Positions 1 to 11,492 of a stretch of 64,000 nucleotides of DNA are shown one piece after another. Under the pieces are notes generated by a model. The model did not search any database and had not been told where the DNA came from. It saw only the letters and a program-made list of their open reading frames with translations. A program made the position numbers and the translations under genes. The stretch comes from Tubulanus polymorphus (taxonomy: Eukaryota > Animalia > Nemertea). The stretch lies in contig NC_134025.1 in the NCBI RefSeq assembly GCF_964204645.1, positions 28,500,299-28,564,298 on the forward strand, given 5' to 3'. Each line of letters starts with the position of its first letter. The stretch's first letter is position 1.

Positions 1-362
1 ACCGAGACCGGCGAAACCTAGTAAGTTTGGATTTAGCACCGTATAGCTGTGTAGCTGTAGATTCTAAATGTCTATCAATATATATAACCTGTGTAACTGT
101 TCCTATAACCTTCCATGTTTAACCTCTGTTTAACAACTAATACAAACCACAGAAAAATTCCAAACATTTCTAGATACTTTTGCTCAAAAGTTGGTAAGAA
201 TTATTGGCCTCATTGTTATTGTTACGAAAAAAAAAAATTCCATATTTTTTCCTCAGTAGTTGTGGCAACTATGCTTGTGGTTTCTATCAGTTGTTCTCTG
301 TCCGTCCTGACACCCGTCTCTTTCCTTTAACCTCTATTGCTTTGCACTTCCTTCTCTTCTAG

Positions 363-3300
363 TCCTGCGTGGTAAAGCCCACAACAGCATTGACATGAAG
401 TCAACATACTTCGGTCGGCGTGAAAATGATATCAAATCTGATATAACTAATAAACCACGTCGCAGTAGCACCGGTTCTAGTGCTGGCAATCCAGGTGAAT
501 TTCAATCACACGCGACTGATCAACAGTTGCCGTCAGTTTTGCATGAAAAACAAACCGAATTCGATATTGAAAGTAAAGAAGATCGTAAAAAACAGTCGTC
601 TAGCGACGAGAGCGCTGGCTCTCCAGTCGCTAAAAGAATTTGCAATAATGTTGATTATCCGAAATGGATTCATATAACTCCCAAGAAAAGAAAACGCAAG
701 AAGCGTAATAATAATTCGAATCAATGTTCTCATAACGGGGTCGTTCATGTAGTCGGGCAGGGAATGATCAAACAAGGTCATGTAAGTCCACAGTCCAAGC
801 CTTATGATAGGGATGATTTCGGCGTTAGGAATAGTTTTAGCTCGGTCGGTCCCGTTAATTCTGTCGATGATTCGGTAACACCTGGTCTAGAAGATGAGAA
901 TCCTTTACCCGCAAATTTGACGATTAAAACCGATGACGCATTCGCGCATAGCCCGGTCCTCGTAACGAACAGTAAGACTGACCCCGACTGCCGCCACAGC
1001 ACGCCGGAAACTAGGACCGATTTTGAATCTTTCGAAATCAGTACAGTAGAGGAGACCAGCGTTTATGACTCTCCAGCTGTGAGTAATACAAACAGTACAT
1101 CTACAACTTATCTGACACCATCTGCTTTTTCTACTGATGACACAAGTTCTGTAGATAGACAGGGAGTTCATCATCGGTCACCGCGTTATTTCTACGACCG
1201 CGTTGCTTCATTCAATCATAACTACGAAGCTAAGCCGACTGTTACTGATGATTTGGAGAGCGAACGCACAATTACAGACTATAATGACGATGTAGCTTTG
1301 AAAACTCCGGACAAATCGAGCGCCTGTAGTCCTATCGACTTTACAGCTTTACCGGATAGTATAGCCGTACAGAGAAAACATATGTCTCGATTGAGTTACA
1401 GCGAAACGGAGCAACAGCCGCTTTCTCCTGGCGTTAATCTCAATTCGAACGCGATTGTTCGATTCCTCGACGCTGACTATGAAAGATCGAATGAAATTTG
1501 CGTAGAAAAAGATGATGAGAGTTTAAGATCGTCACAGTCGAGTTTGCCAGTTGATCGCGGAAACAAGGCGAATATTATTCATTATTTACCGATTATCACA
1601 GTGACCGATGTAGATGGAGTGACGACTGAGATTTCGTTCAACGTAAGACAAACCACCATCGACCCTACGATCCAACGAGCAATCAGCGCTATAACTACCA
1701 GTTCCATTTATAAAAAGAGCCATACTCTCGAGTCGCCGAAAGGCAACCGAAGAACTAATCGATATTCGACGGAAATGCGTAAATACGGAAGCGAATGTAC
1801 GATGAATGTGTGTAGAAGTGAAGTAGATAGCGGTGAAACGTACATTCAAACTCTGCGTCGACTCGGTAAATTACCGCCCAGTATTTGCGATATCTACGAT
1901 AAATGTAACACGTTTAACCGTCAGGACTGGACGGCGAAGTCCGACGTGCACTCGGAGCCGGTTGCAGAAGTGACAGTAGATAAAGCAGAAGTCGATGAGA
2001 AACACGATGAAGAGTTGATGATTAAAGAGATGCACAACGACGAAAAGAAGAAGAAAACGAGCGTAAAAAAACGGAAAAGTTTCATGGCAATCGTGAGATC
2101 GTGGAGTTCGTTGAAACGTTATGACTCGGCTCGGGAATCAAACAACGTCGATAAATTGAACGTCACTCATCCTCCTCCGCAGCGGAAACGCTTCTTCAAC
2201 ATCGGTAAAAAACCTAATCGAAGCAAGAACGATCTTACCGATGACAAATCAGTCGATCTTCTGAATACATCGTTTATTGAGAGTGAAGTGGAAGATATTG
2301 AAAATTGTTCCGTACATGTAAACGTCGACGATAATGTGGATACGTCGTGCCGAGATCAGTCGGATTTGAACGGCTCATTGATCGGAAATAAAAGTGAAAT
2401 ATCAGCGAACAGTTCGTTGACGTCGACACCGCGTAAAAGAGGTGATGATATCGGAAGATTGAAAGATGAAAGTGTCGACGTGTTTGGTTCGAAAACTGAA
2501 TCAGAATGCGGTATAAGTGAGAGGAATGGACCTGATACGACGCTAGACACGAGCAATGATCTTTGCTCAACAGCTATTGATTCATCACTCGTAGATCAAC
2601 AATGTACGGCTAGTGTTGAGGATGCTACGTATATCTATGAAGACAGCGATTTGGTTGTAGTTGGTAAAGCGATCAAAAAACCGAAAAAGAAACGTATAGC
2701 TAGTTTCTTAGAGAGATTGCGCAAGGTGAAATCAAAGCCGGTCAAAAGAACGGGTCAATTTGATGTGAGCGATAATTCTGTGAATATTAGCCACCACAGT
2801 GACTTCACAAATAAAACTGATATCAGCGATGCATTGACAATGAGTACTAATGAAGGACCCTCGAACAAACGTAGTTTCATCGATAGATTGAGAACTTTGC
2901 GCTTGAAAAGAAAAAATGGCTTTGATTTAGAAAACACAGGAGGCTACGAATCATTTGGCGAGGTGGATAAGAGCGTTTCGCTGATTAAGAACATGAAAAT
3001 CAATGATGAGGATGTTGAGAGTGATATTTGTGAAGTTGTACATGTTCCTGTTACTGCTATAGAGGATACTGTATTAACTGAAAAAGCTGGAGATCCGAAA
3101 ATTTCTAGGCGTCAAAGTAACACATTGGAAGACAGTTCAAACACATTCAAAAACATTTCCAAAGCTGATGTCGAAATAACAAAATCTGGTAATCTCAGTT
3201 CAGCAGTTTATGAGAACAATGTTGAAATGGAGTATGAAATAAGGGTTCAAGGAAGCGATCTAGTAATAATTGAGAAGCCTATCGTAGTCGGTCAGATTAA

Positions 3301-4702
3301 CAGAAATCATGTAGAAAATGTTGAGGAAGTTACAAGTAATGAGGTATACATGGATGGTAAACCTCAGGAAAGGTGTCCAAGTTTGGCAACAGATCAAGGT
3401 GAAGGCGGTAATGACTGCATGAACGATGCTCTGAAACAGGTGGAAGGAGAAAATGAAAAATTGGTTCAGAAATCTTTCACTGAAAATGAAGAATGCGTTG
3501 TTGAATCAGTGATTACTGAAACATCATCGGTGTCGGTACGAGTTATTGGAAGTCATTTAGTTATATGTGATACGTCGATACAAGAAAAACCGCTCACTCG
3601 ATCATCAGTTCACGGTCAGCCAGTAACCAGCCAGTCTAATGAGGGGAAAATTCATGCCGAACAATCAGAAGAACCGATTCTAGAGCGCGAGCCTTCAACT
3701 GGAACATTGTCGAAAAGGGATGTACGCGTAATCGGGAGTCTCCTCGTGATACATGATGTAGATATGAAAGAAGAGGTAATGGATAACAGCGGAGTGCTGG
3801 AAAAATCTACTCAGTGTGAAATATCAACTGATATTGATAACGCTGAAGGAATCGTTTTAAAAGTCAATGGAGCATCGAAGAAGAAGAAGAAGGGTTTTCT
3901 TAAACGCCTGCAGTCCATTAGTTCATCTCCTAAGAGAAAGAAACAAAACCGGAATGATAAATGTGTTCAAGTTGATAAATGTGAGGAAGAGTTTGAGGGT
4001 AATACAACTGTTGATGAATCTTTGTACGTGAAAGAATTCGTAGATGGATTGATTATCAACTCTTTCACGCAAAGTTCACCGGTTCAAGGTGCGAAAAATA
4101 ACGTACAAATCGTCGCAGAGATGGGTGACGTTCGGGCATCGCCGATAAAACAGCGCGCGGAGTCGAATGAACGTCCGTTTCGAAGTCCGGAAGATCCGCG
4201 ACTGAAGAACACAACGGGAGCAATATCGGTTAATACGACGATAGATACACCTCCTGTCGATCTGTCGTTCGATAAGGAATTCAATAAATCTTTAGAAATT
4301 GATCTCGCCGACGCGTTACAAGGAATCGATAATATCTTCAAGACGAGCTCATCATCTCTGTCCAAGTGTACGACATCGAATCAGCTAACAGAAACACCGC
4401 GTAATAGTCCTATTGAAGATGAACCCACAGCGGAACCAGTTAACACGATTGATACTGAAAATACCAGTATTGTGCAATATCGTGAGAGTATTTCATCGAC
4501 GAATCAGAGCAATAACAACAAGCGAGATGGTGTTGATGATGTTGATGTTGTTGAGGCGGTCGAACCGACTATTTCTCAGGTGTCTTTACAGGTGAACGAA
4601 TTAATACAAAATACCTCACAGAACGCGATTGATTATTATTATTCACTGATTGAAACAACTCCGTCTGTCAGTCCGCAGAGTAACGGTTTCATCAGATTCT
4701 AA
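363..4702 (+). CDS. Giant single-exon ORF (1435 aa from ATG 395; open from splice acceptor at 363), acidic/Ser-rich disordered protein; probably alternative terminal exon of the SH3KBP1-like gene
   Basis: 4.3-kb uninterrupted ORF in AT-rich DNA; strong polypyrimidine tract + AG at 341-362 (tttgcacttccttctcttctag) opens in frame (phase 1) into the ORF; internal repeated motifs; no recognisable globular or TE domain. Confidence 0.8.
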
Positions 4703-5290
4703 TCAGGTGTTATACACGACCCAGTTCCATAGTTCCTAACGGGTTAAGTTTGACTCAAATAAGTCAAATTAGTTTATTTCCGATGTTTTAACGTATGAAG
4801 TCAAATCTCTTGCCCCTGAGTTATTTAACAGGATCCAAGTACCCAAATGTTGTAATCGTGCTGTCAGGTCCATGATGCGCGTACCTTCCTGGTTAGGTTT
4901 TTAGTATGTTGTATATCAGTATCTGTAGATGTTGTTTCTTGTCGTTCCAGTTTAAATCTCTGTATAGTATATAATATATGTTTAATCTTCGAATTCAATC
5001 CATAAATTCGTCTATGAATCTCATTTTTTACCGGTAATCGTTAGACTGTTATCGAGTACAGATATATGAGCTGTCGTTTGAATACGTATCGCGAATTATA
5101 TTTGACATGTGTTTCGAACAACAGTTGGTTTGTATAATTATTCTCATCAGTTCCAATATCAATACGAGTGAAAGAATTCCAGCACCTTTTTAACTTACTA
5201 ATCATTAATCACATATAAAACCTTTGCGTATATATGTATCAGTTCATTGCTTCACATGCGCGGAAACTGTTTAAAACTAACCGTTATAAA

Positions 5291-5321
5291 ATGGCTGCTA
5301 GCATTAAAACAACACGAACAG
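5291..5321 (+). CDS. Putative alternative first coding exon (MAASIKTTRT) of a short SH3KBP1-like isoform
   Basis: aaaATGG context, 10 codons + 1 nt, then cag|GTAAAT donor; phase 1 matches acceptor at 6638 giving MAASIKTTRT-V-ERAKVLFSY. Confidence 0.5.
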
Positions 5322-6637
5322 GTAAATATATCGTCTTCTTTTTAGCTTTGAAATTATAGATATTGTCGAATTAATGATATTTTAGGGGTGTATCAGAGAG
5401 GACCCTCGTGGGCCCAACGTAATGGTAAGCTTAAATCTTAGATATACGAATGCATGATCTACACAATATTTTTCGTGTCTCACATGATATTTTTTTCGTA
5501 AAGTAGTGCTTGTTTTTTCGTACCGTAACTAAATGTAGTTTTACAGTATCTCGAGGCTTGGGCTGTGGATTAAGGGGTAATATTTGGATTAATCTGTTTC
5601 CTGAAATTATGTATATATTTAGATATATATGAGGTACGTAGTTGTACTGACCACAGCACAAGAATCATTTGTTGATATTTTAATTTCAGTTTTAAATTGT
5701 TTTGAAGTTTTATAGTTTTTTCTTTGGAAAAGTGAAACATGAGAAGTTGTCTCAATCGGGTGTACTGTGGCCAGTACGGCTTCTGATCAAACGATGTAGT
5801 TTAAAGTTTAAGAGTTGTTTATAGGAATTTTTCAATGGTTTCTGTTTATTTTTTTGAAATTCGAAGTTTATGAAGAAAATAATTGTTAAAATGACACCGA
5901 TGATCAAATTCTAGAATAAAAATATAATTCTCTTAGTTTTGAAAAAACTAGTTTGATTCTCAGATACTGTGCTGACCTGTTGTTGATCATTCTAAGTAAT
6001 TAAGATCTCATATGATTTAATCACTACCAGAGGATTCTGTCAGTGGGTATTCTTGCTCGCTCACATTAGCTAGTAAAATAAGGAAAAAACTTCTGAAGTT
6101 AGGGTAAGAATTATTTCTTTTAGTATGTTACGTTTTAGTTTAAGTTTTGTTAAATGTTAGTGCTGTGGTCTTTCCAAACACTGCTTCGTAAAAATGAACA
6201 CGAACTCAATTTCTAGAGGGTTTACGTAGATTAGAGCTGCTATAATAAATTGATCCTTCTTCCATTAATCATAAAATAGCGTTTGGAAATTGGAAGCATC
6301 GATCTATTAATAACCGAATCCCTGGTAAGGTCATCAGGCAATTGACATTTACATATTGGCATCAGAATTGTTGAATCGGTTTGCAATGAATATATATGTT
6401 ATCATTGCAGTTTCGTCTAGTGAGAACTGATATATTTTTTGTTCTGTAGAATTCTGATTCCAATTATTTTCGTATTATTCTGTTTTTGTTAAGAGTTTTT
6501 GAAAATTTTGTTGTTTAAATGTTCATTCATTTTCTATATTCATTTTGGTGTAACGTGCCAGAAATCATCTCGTTTCCTGGATTACAATTCAAACTCTTGT
6601 ATTTATTGATGACATGTTGATTTTCTCTCTGTTTTAG

Positions 6638-8887
6638 TCGAGCGAGCCAAAGTTTTGTTCTCGTATGTGGCTGAAAATACCGATGAATTGACAATCGAAG
6701 TTGGGAATGTCATAAATATATTGAATAAAGAATCGGAAGATTCAGGTTGGTGGAAAGGAGAATATAACGGTAAAGTCGGAGTATTTCCGGATAACTTTGT
6801 CGAACTTCTACCGCCTGAAGAGGTTTGTAACAGTTTTCATAAGCGTGTAGAAATATTAATTCGAGATTGCTTATGTTTCTGATTTTTATTTCTGTCCTTC
6901 GTAGCCTAAACCTAAAAAGCCGCCGCCGGTAGTTGCTAAATCCAAGCCGGAAGATAAAGGCAGTAAAGCACCTATACCTGAACCTGTTAAACACAAAGGT
7001 AAAGAGAAAGGTATGTAAGACCAACTGTCTTCATCTACACTATTAGCATGTATAGCTTTCAATGAAAAACCGTAGATGCCTTTCAAAAGACGTAAGAGAT
7101 TGATGTATGAAAATGTTGCTCAGTTGTGAAAATAGTTGTGAAAATGCTTTCAGTTGTGTATATTTATTGTATATTGTGGAAAAATGAACAAATGTCTCTT
7201 AGACACAGTTGAAATTGGTGTTTGATACTCATGTTATGTAGAGCATATTTGATCTAAGCGCATATTCTTACAGCAAGCTGCTTTTATCACACGATAGGAA
7301 GCACTAAAAACGAAAATTTCTCTTAGTATTCATTGTGCTATTTAGTGCCGAATGAAGTTGATTATGAATGTGAACCTGCTTATTCTTGATCAAACTGTTC
7401 GATTTGCAATAACGCCCTAATTAACCAAGATGGCTTCAAACTGTTCGATTTTTTAGCGCTAGTAAATGCAGTTGAGATCGCATGTATTAATGTTGTTGAT
7501 CGGTGGAAGTAGTATATATCGTATGATTGCATGATAATTTGTTGTTGATTTAGCTGAGGAGAAGACAGTATCGCCACCACCGCCAATACCTAGCAAAAAA
7601 CCTGACATTCTCAGCAAAAAACCAATACCTTCCAAAACACCACCGACAAGTGACGTCAAGCAAAATGAAAATGGTATGATTGCCTAATTGGATTATTCGT
7701 GGTACTGGCTTCACGAATGATTTATAATCATTTTATTCATTGGTTAATGACATTTTCTTTTATCTATATTCCATTTTGAATGAAATGCCAAGCTTTGTGT
7801 TTATAGTTAACAAATTCTTCTTGCGAAGATGGCTACCTCCTCAAAATCAATTATGATATCAAGCATTAGACTATTTGATGATGTAATTGTTTATAGTGGC
7901 ATTTAAGGAGATAGCCATCTTCTTGTGAAGTGTTTAAAGGTCCATGTTGTAAGTCACTGGACAGTATTTAGTTAGAGATTCTACTAATAGCTAATTTCAT
8001 CCGTTTTTAAGAAAATCGCCTACTTGTCTTGAAAGCTTATTATACGTTTAAAAATGGTCCTTATTTATGATATCGTGAATGATCTTGCACTTGTAGGAAC
8101 TGATGATTTCGATGGAATTCAATCTACGGAACCACTTAAAAGTTTCAGCCGTCCGAAAAATCCTAACAGACGACCTCCATCGATGGAACTTCTTCGTAAG
8201 GTTGGTTTCATTCGTTGCACATTTGACAAAACCTTATTCGCCTTAACACGCGAAATCCATCCTTGTAACTTTCGTTCTTTTGGTTTGCTATCTTTGTCAG
8301 GAAGGAGAGGATAATAACAGTAATGCTCAATTGGTGAATGATGTTAAACCAACAGCAACTAAGAGAGACTCGGTATGTGCATCTCTGTTTTTGATACAAG
8401 TTGTGAATACTGCAGGCTGCGTGTAGATTTTCACTGTTTTCTTTCATGTTTTCAGAAAGAAGAAAAGAAAGTTCAACCATCAGCGCCTGAAATCAAACCG
8501 CAAAGCAGAGGTAATAATAGTTAATACATTTTCAGTTTCAATCTATCGAATTATGAATTTTGGTTAGTAATATCTATATGTATTGCAGGGCATCATGCGG
8601 AAAAAGTCGTCAATGACAGATCAGCCGCCGATTCGGAAACAATCGCCGAACTACGAAAAGAAATCCTCGAACTTCGCTCGAACGCGGTGAGCACGGAAGA
8701 TTTTATCAATCTGAAGAATGAACTATCGGCGGTCAAAGATCAAATGGATCACATGAAGAAACAACTCGGCAAACGCATCATGGATTTGATGCAGGAAATT
8801 GACGAAGAGAAGAAAATTCGCCTTAGCACGCAGGTTGAAATGGAACGCGTTAAACAACTAGTGATGAAAAGTGACTCTGTAGTATGA
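6638..8887 (+). CDS. SH3KBP1: CIN85/CD2AP family adaptor (SH3KBP1-like), 3' exons: SH3 domain, Pro-rich region, CPI-like motif, C-terminal coiled coil
   Basis: Phase-consistent exons 6638-6822 (SH3: AKVLFSYVAENTDELTIEVG...GWWKGEYNGKVGVFPDNFVELL), 6905-7010, 7554-7673 (PPPPIPSKKP), 8097-8200 (RPKNPNRRPPS), 8301-8372, 8456-8510, 8589-8887 (LMQEIDEEKKIRLSTQVEMERVKQL, typical CIN85/CD2AP C-terminus). Any upstream SH3 exons lie outside the window. Confidence 0.88.
7817..7930. repeat. Imperfect inverted repeat in SH3KBP1-like intron
   Basis: gaagatggctacctcct ... aggagatagccatcttc arms around a ~55-nt loop. Confidence 0.55.
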
Positions 8888-11492
8888 CATCTTATACTAC
8901 CATCATGAGGTAGAAATTGAGCCGAAAAATCGAACAAATCATTCGTTTTAATACTGTGATTACCCAGTATTTTATTATCTTCATTTTAGTCGCAGATGTT
9001 CAGAGTCCAAAATAATGCACAACCATGAGGTGATGAATGGAACATTTTAAACGTACAGAAAGTTATGAAGCAATATTCATTATATTACATCTGTCTCTTC
9101 AATTCAAGATTTTATATTTATATATTTATTATACACGTGTGCGAAGATATGTTAGATTTATGTTCGTAATTTCCTGTGTTACTTTGATAACTTCCCTGTC
9201 TGTTGATAACGATATACATGACTGGAGGAACAAATTGTGTCAATAGATCTTACGGTTATCTGTTGGTTGTGTTGTCATCAAATCATTGAGCTCGTACCAA
9301 ACGGCATGACTTTTTAAAATCTGTCAAGTGAAGATCGGTGAGCTAGGTTAGAATAAAAAAAAATTGATCTTTGTTTAACATTCCTTTTAAAAATGACATA
9401 TCAGTTAATGTGAATGGTAACACTTATTGTTTTTTGATTTTTTAATCTGCAAAATCTACTGCAGTTTATATTTGGATTTTTAGCTGATTTTCTTAAACTT
9501 AGTGTTTTTGTGAACACGCGTTGATTGACCTCTATTCACCTCATTGAAAATGGAATACTGTAAACTAAACAGTGGCTTATGATGTCATAGCCGTTCTCTC
9601 ATATTGTAAACATTCGAGTCTTCCATGTACGTAAGTGACTATCATCAGCATGAAATTACTCCGATCATCAATGAAGACATAATACATGCATATGTGAGAC
9701 AAGAATAATGATATGCTACATATGTTTCCTATATCTATATACATAATGTAGATATTTGTTGAATTTAGAATAGATCTTGGTGGTGGTTTTGTTTTTTGGT
9801 AAACTGAAGCAAGCAGAATGTAGTTGTAGCCACACTAGCATATTGCTAGCATCAACAAACACTTTATCGACAGGTGCTAGATAAATATGCCTATGAAATA
9901 TTAACATCAATGGTATTGATTGATGTAGAAATTTAAGTTAATCGAAATATGAAACGTTCTGCCATTAGCATAAATGTAAATACAATACATGTATGTAAAT
10001 GCAGCTACTTGGCCTGGTTTTACTATGGAAAATGTAGACCTATTCATTTGAATTAACTTTCAAAATAACTAACTAGGCATTCATCAAATTTACGCGATTA
10101 GGCCCTGTATAGACAAGTCTATGTTTTAACTTATTACAAATTTTGATTTTTACTCGGTTAAATGTATTATTGAACCTGTAAAAAACAATTTTGATGAATG
10201 TACATATGATGCATGTTCAAAAGTCATCTTTTCTAGGGAAAACTTGTAAGAAATTAAAACGCCACTTCAAGTATTATATCTAACATTGTAATTGTATATT
10301 CATCGTAGATTGTTCCGCGGAAAATTGTGTGTAAGTAAGATCGATTAGTGAAATATTGATCATTGTTATTTCACTCTGGTGTCTATGAAGTTGTTTATGA
10401 TTAATGTATACGAATACTTCTTATATGTTTAGTCTTATACTGAACTAACCAAGTTATTATTAGATTTTATGACATTTTTATTCTACGAGAATATATCGTA
10501 TCTACAAAGGTCGTTTGATCTGGAAATTTATTTACATCGAATATTATTTATATGTAATCGATCATACAAGTGTAAACTTTTAGGATGTCTATTTTGTATA
10601 AAAAACGAAAGAGCTATGTTTTAATGATTTTGGTCTTTTGCCCTAAATGAGTAAAATAACGCACATTCCTTTGTCTATGTTTGGAAAAAAATCTGAATAC
10701 CATTCCTAAATTTACATGACCTGTTCATGAAAAATCGTAAACTAGATGTTTCTATTTCTTGAAACTATGAACTACCTACTGGTAGATTTATTCATTTATG
10801 GTAGATGATATGAGATGAATATCTGTACATGAAAAATAGACTGTTTTAAGTGTCGACACAGCACTTTCTGGATCCATGTAAATATATTAAGATTCCTCTC
10901 TATGTGAATGTGTAGTATTTGATTAAGTTCCATCTTTGATGAATTCATTCATTCGTAAAGTGTTTGCATGTGTTTCAATCAGCTTATCAGTTATGTTTAA
11001 TTGCAGATATTTGATTATAAGTTAAAGATTTTACTTTTTATAAGATAAAAAAATTGATGATAAGAAACTTAAATGTTTGATTTATGTATCCCTTGTTTTT
11101 TGAGGATTTGGTTAATTTTACAGCGATTTTTGGAGTTACATAAGATAATAGGACTACTTGTAGCATATTTGATGGATTCCTAATGAAGGCATTCCCATCA
11201 AATCTAGGTTCTCAATTCAGTAAAATAATGGGGCTTTCAAATCTTAAAATCAGTTGTGATTGGTGAAGCTCAGTCTCAAGTCTGGTGCCATTTCTCTGCT
11301 TTATCAGACATTTCCTGTCCTTATATATAAACTTCAATGCTACCGGTATCCCGGTACTATAACTAAGAAAAGAAAACACAATAATATCTACAAAATATAC
11401 ATATAATTATTTTGTTAAGAATAACAAATGTATACAAAAAATAGAAAATTATTCATTGAATTAGAAACTTCATAATCTGCTTAAAAACTTCA

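Noticed and set aside
1-22. Possible Helitron 3' end (GC-rich accgagaccggcg followed by CTAG|T)
   Set aside because: Truncated by the window edge; the hairpin partner cannot be seen.
480-4595. Short ORFs overlapping the giant ORF on either strand
   Set aside because: Shadow frames of the 1435-aa ORF with no motifs.
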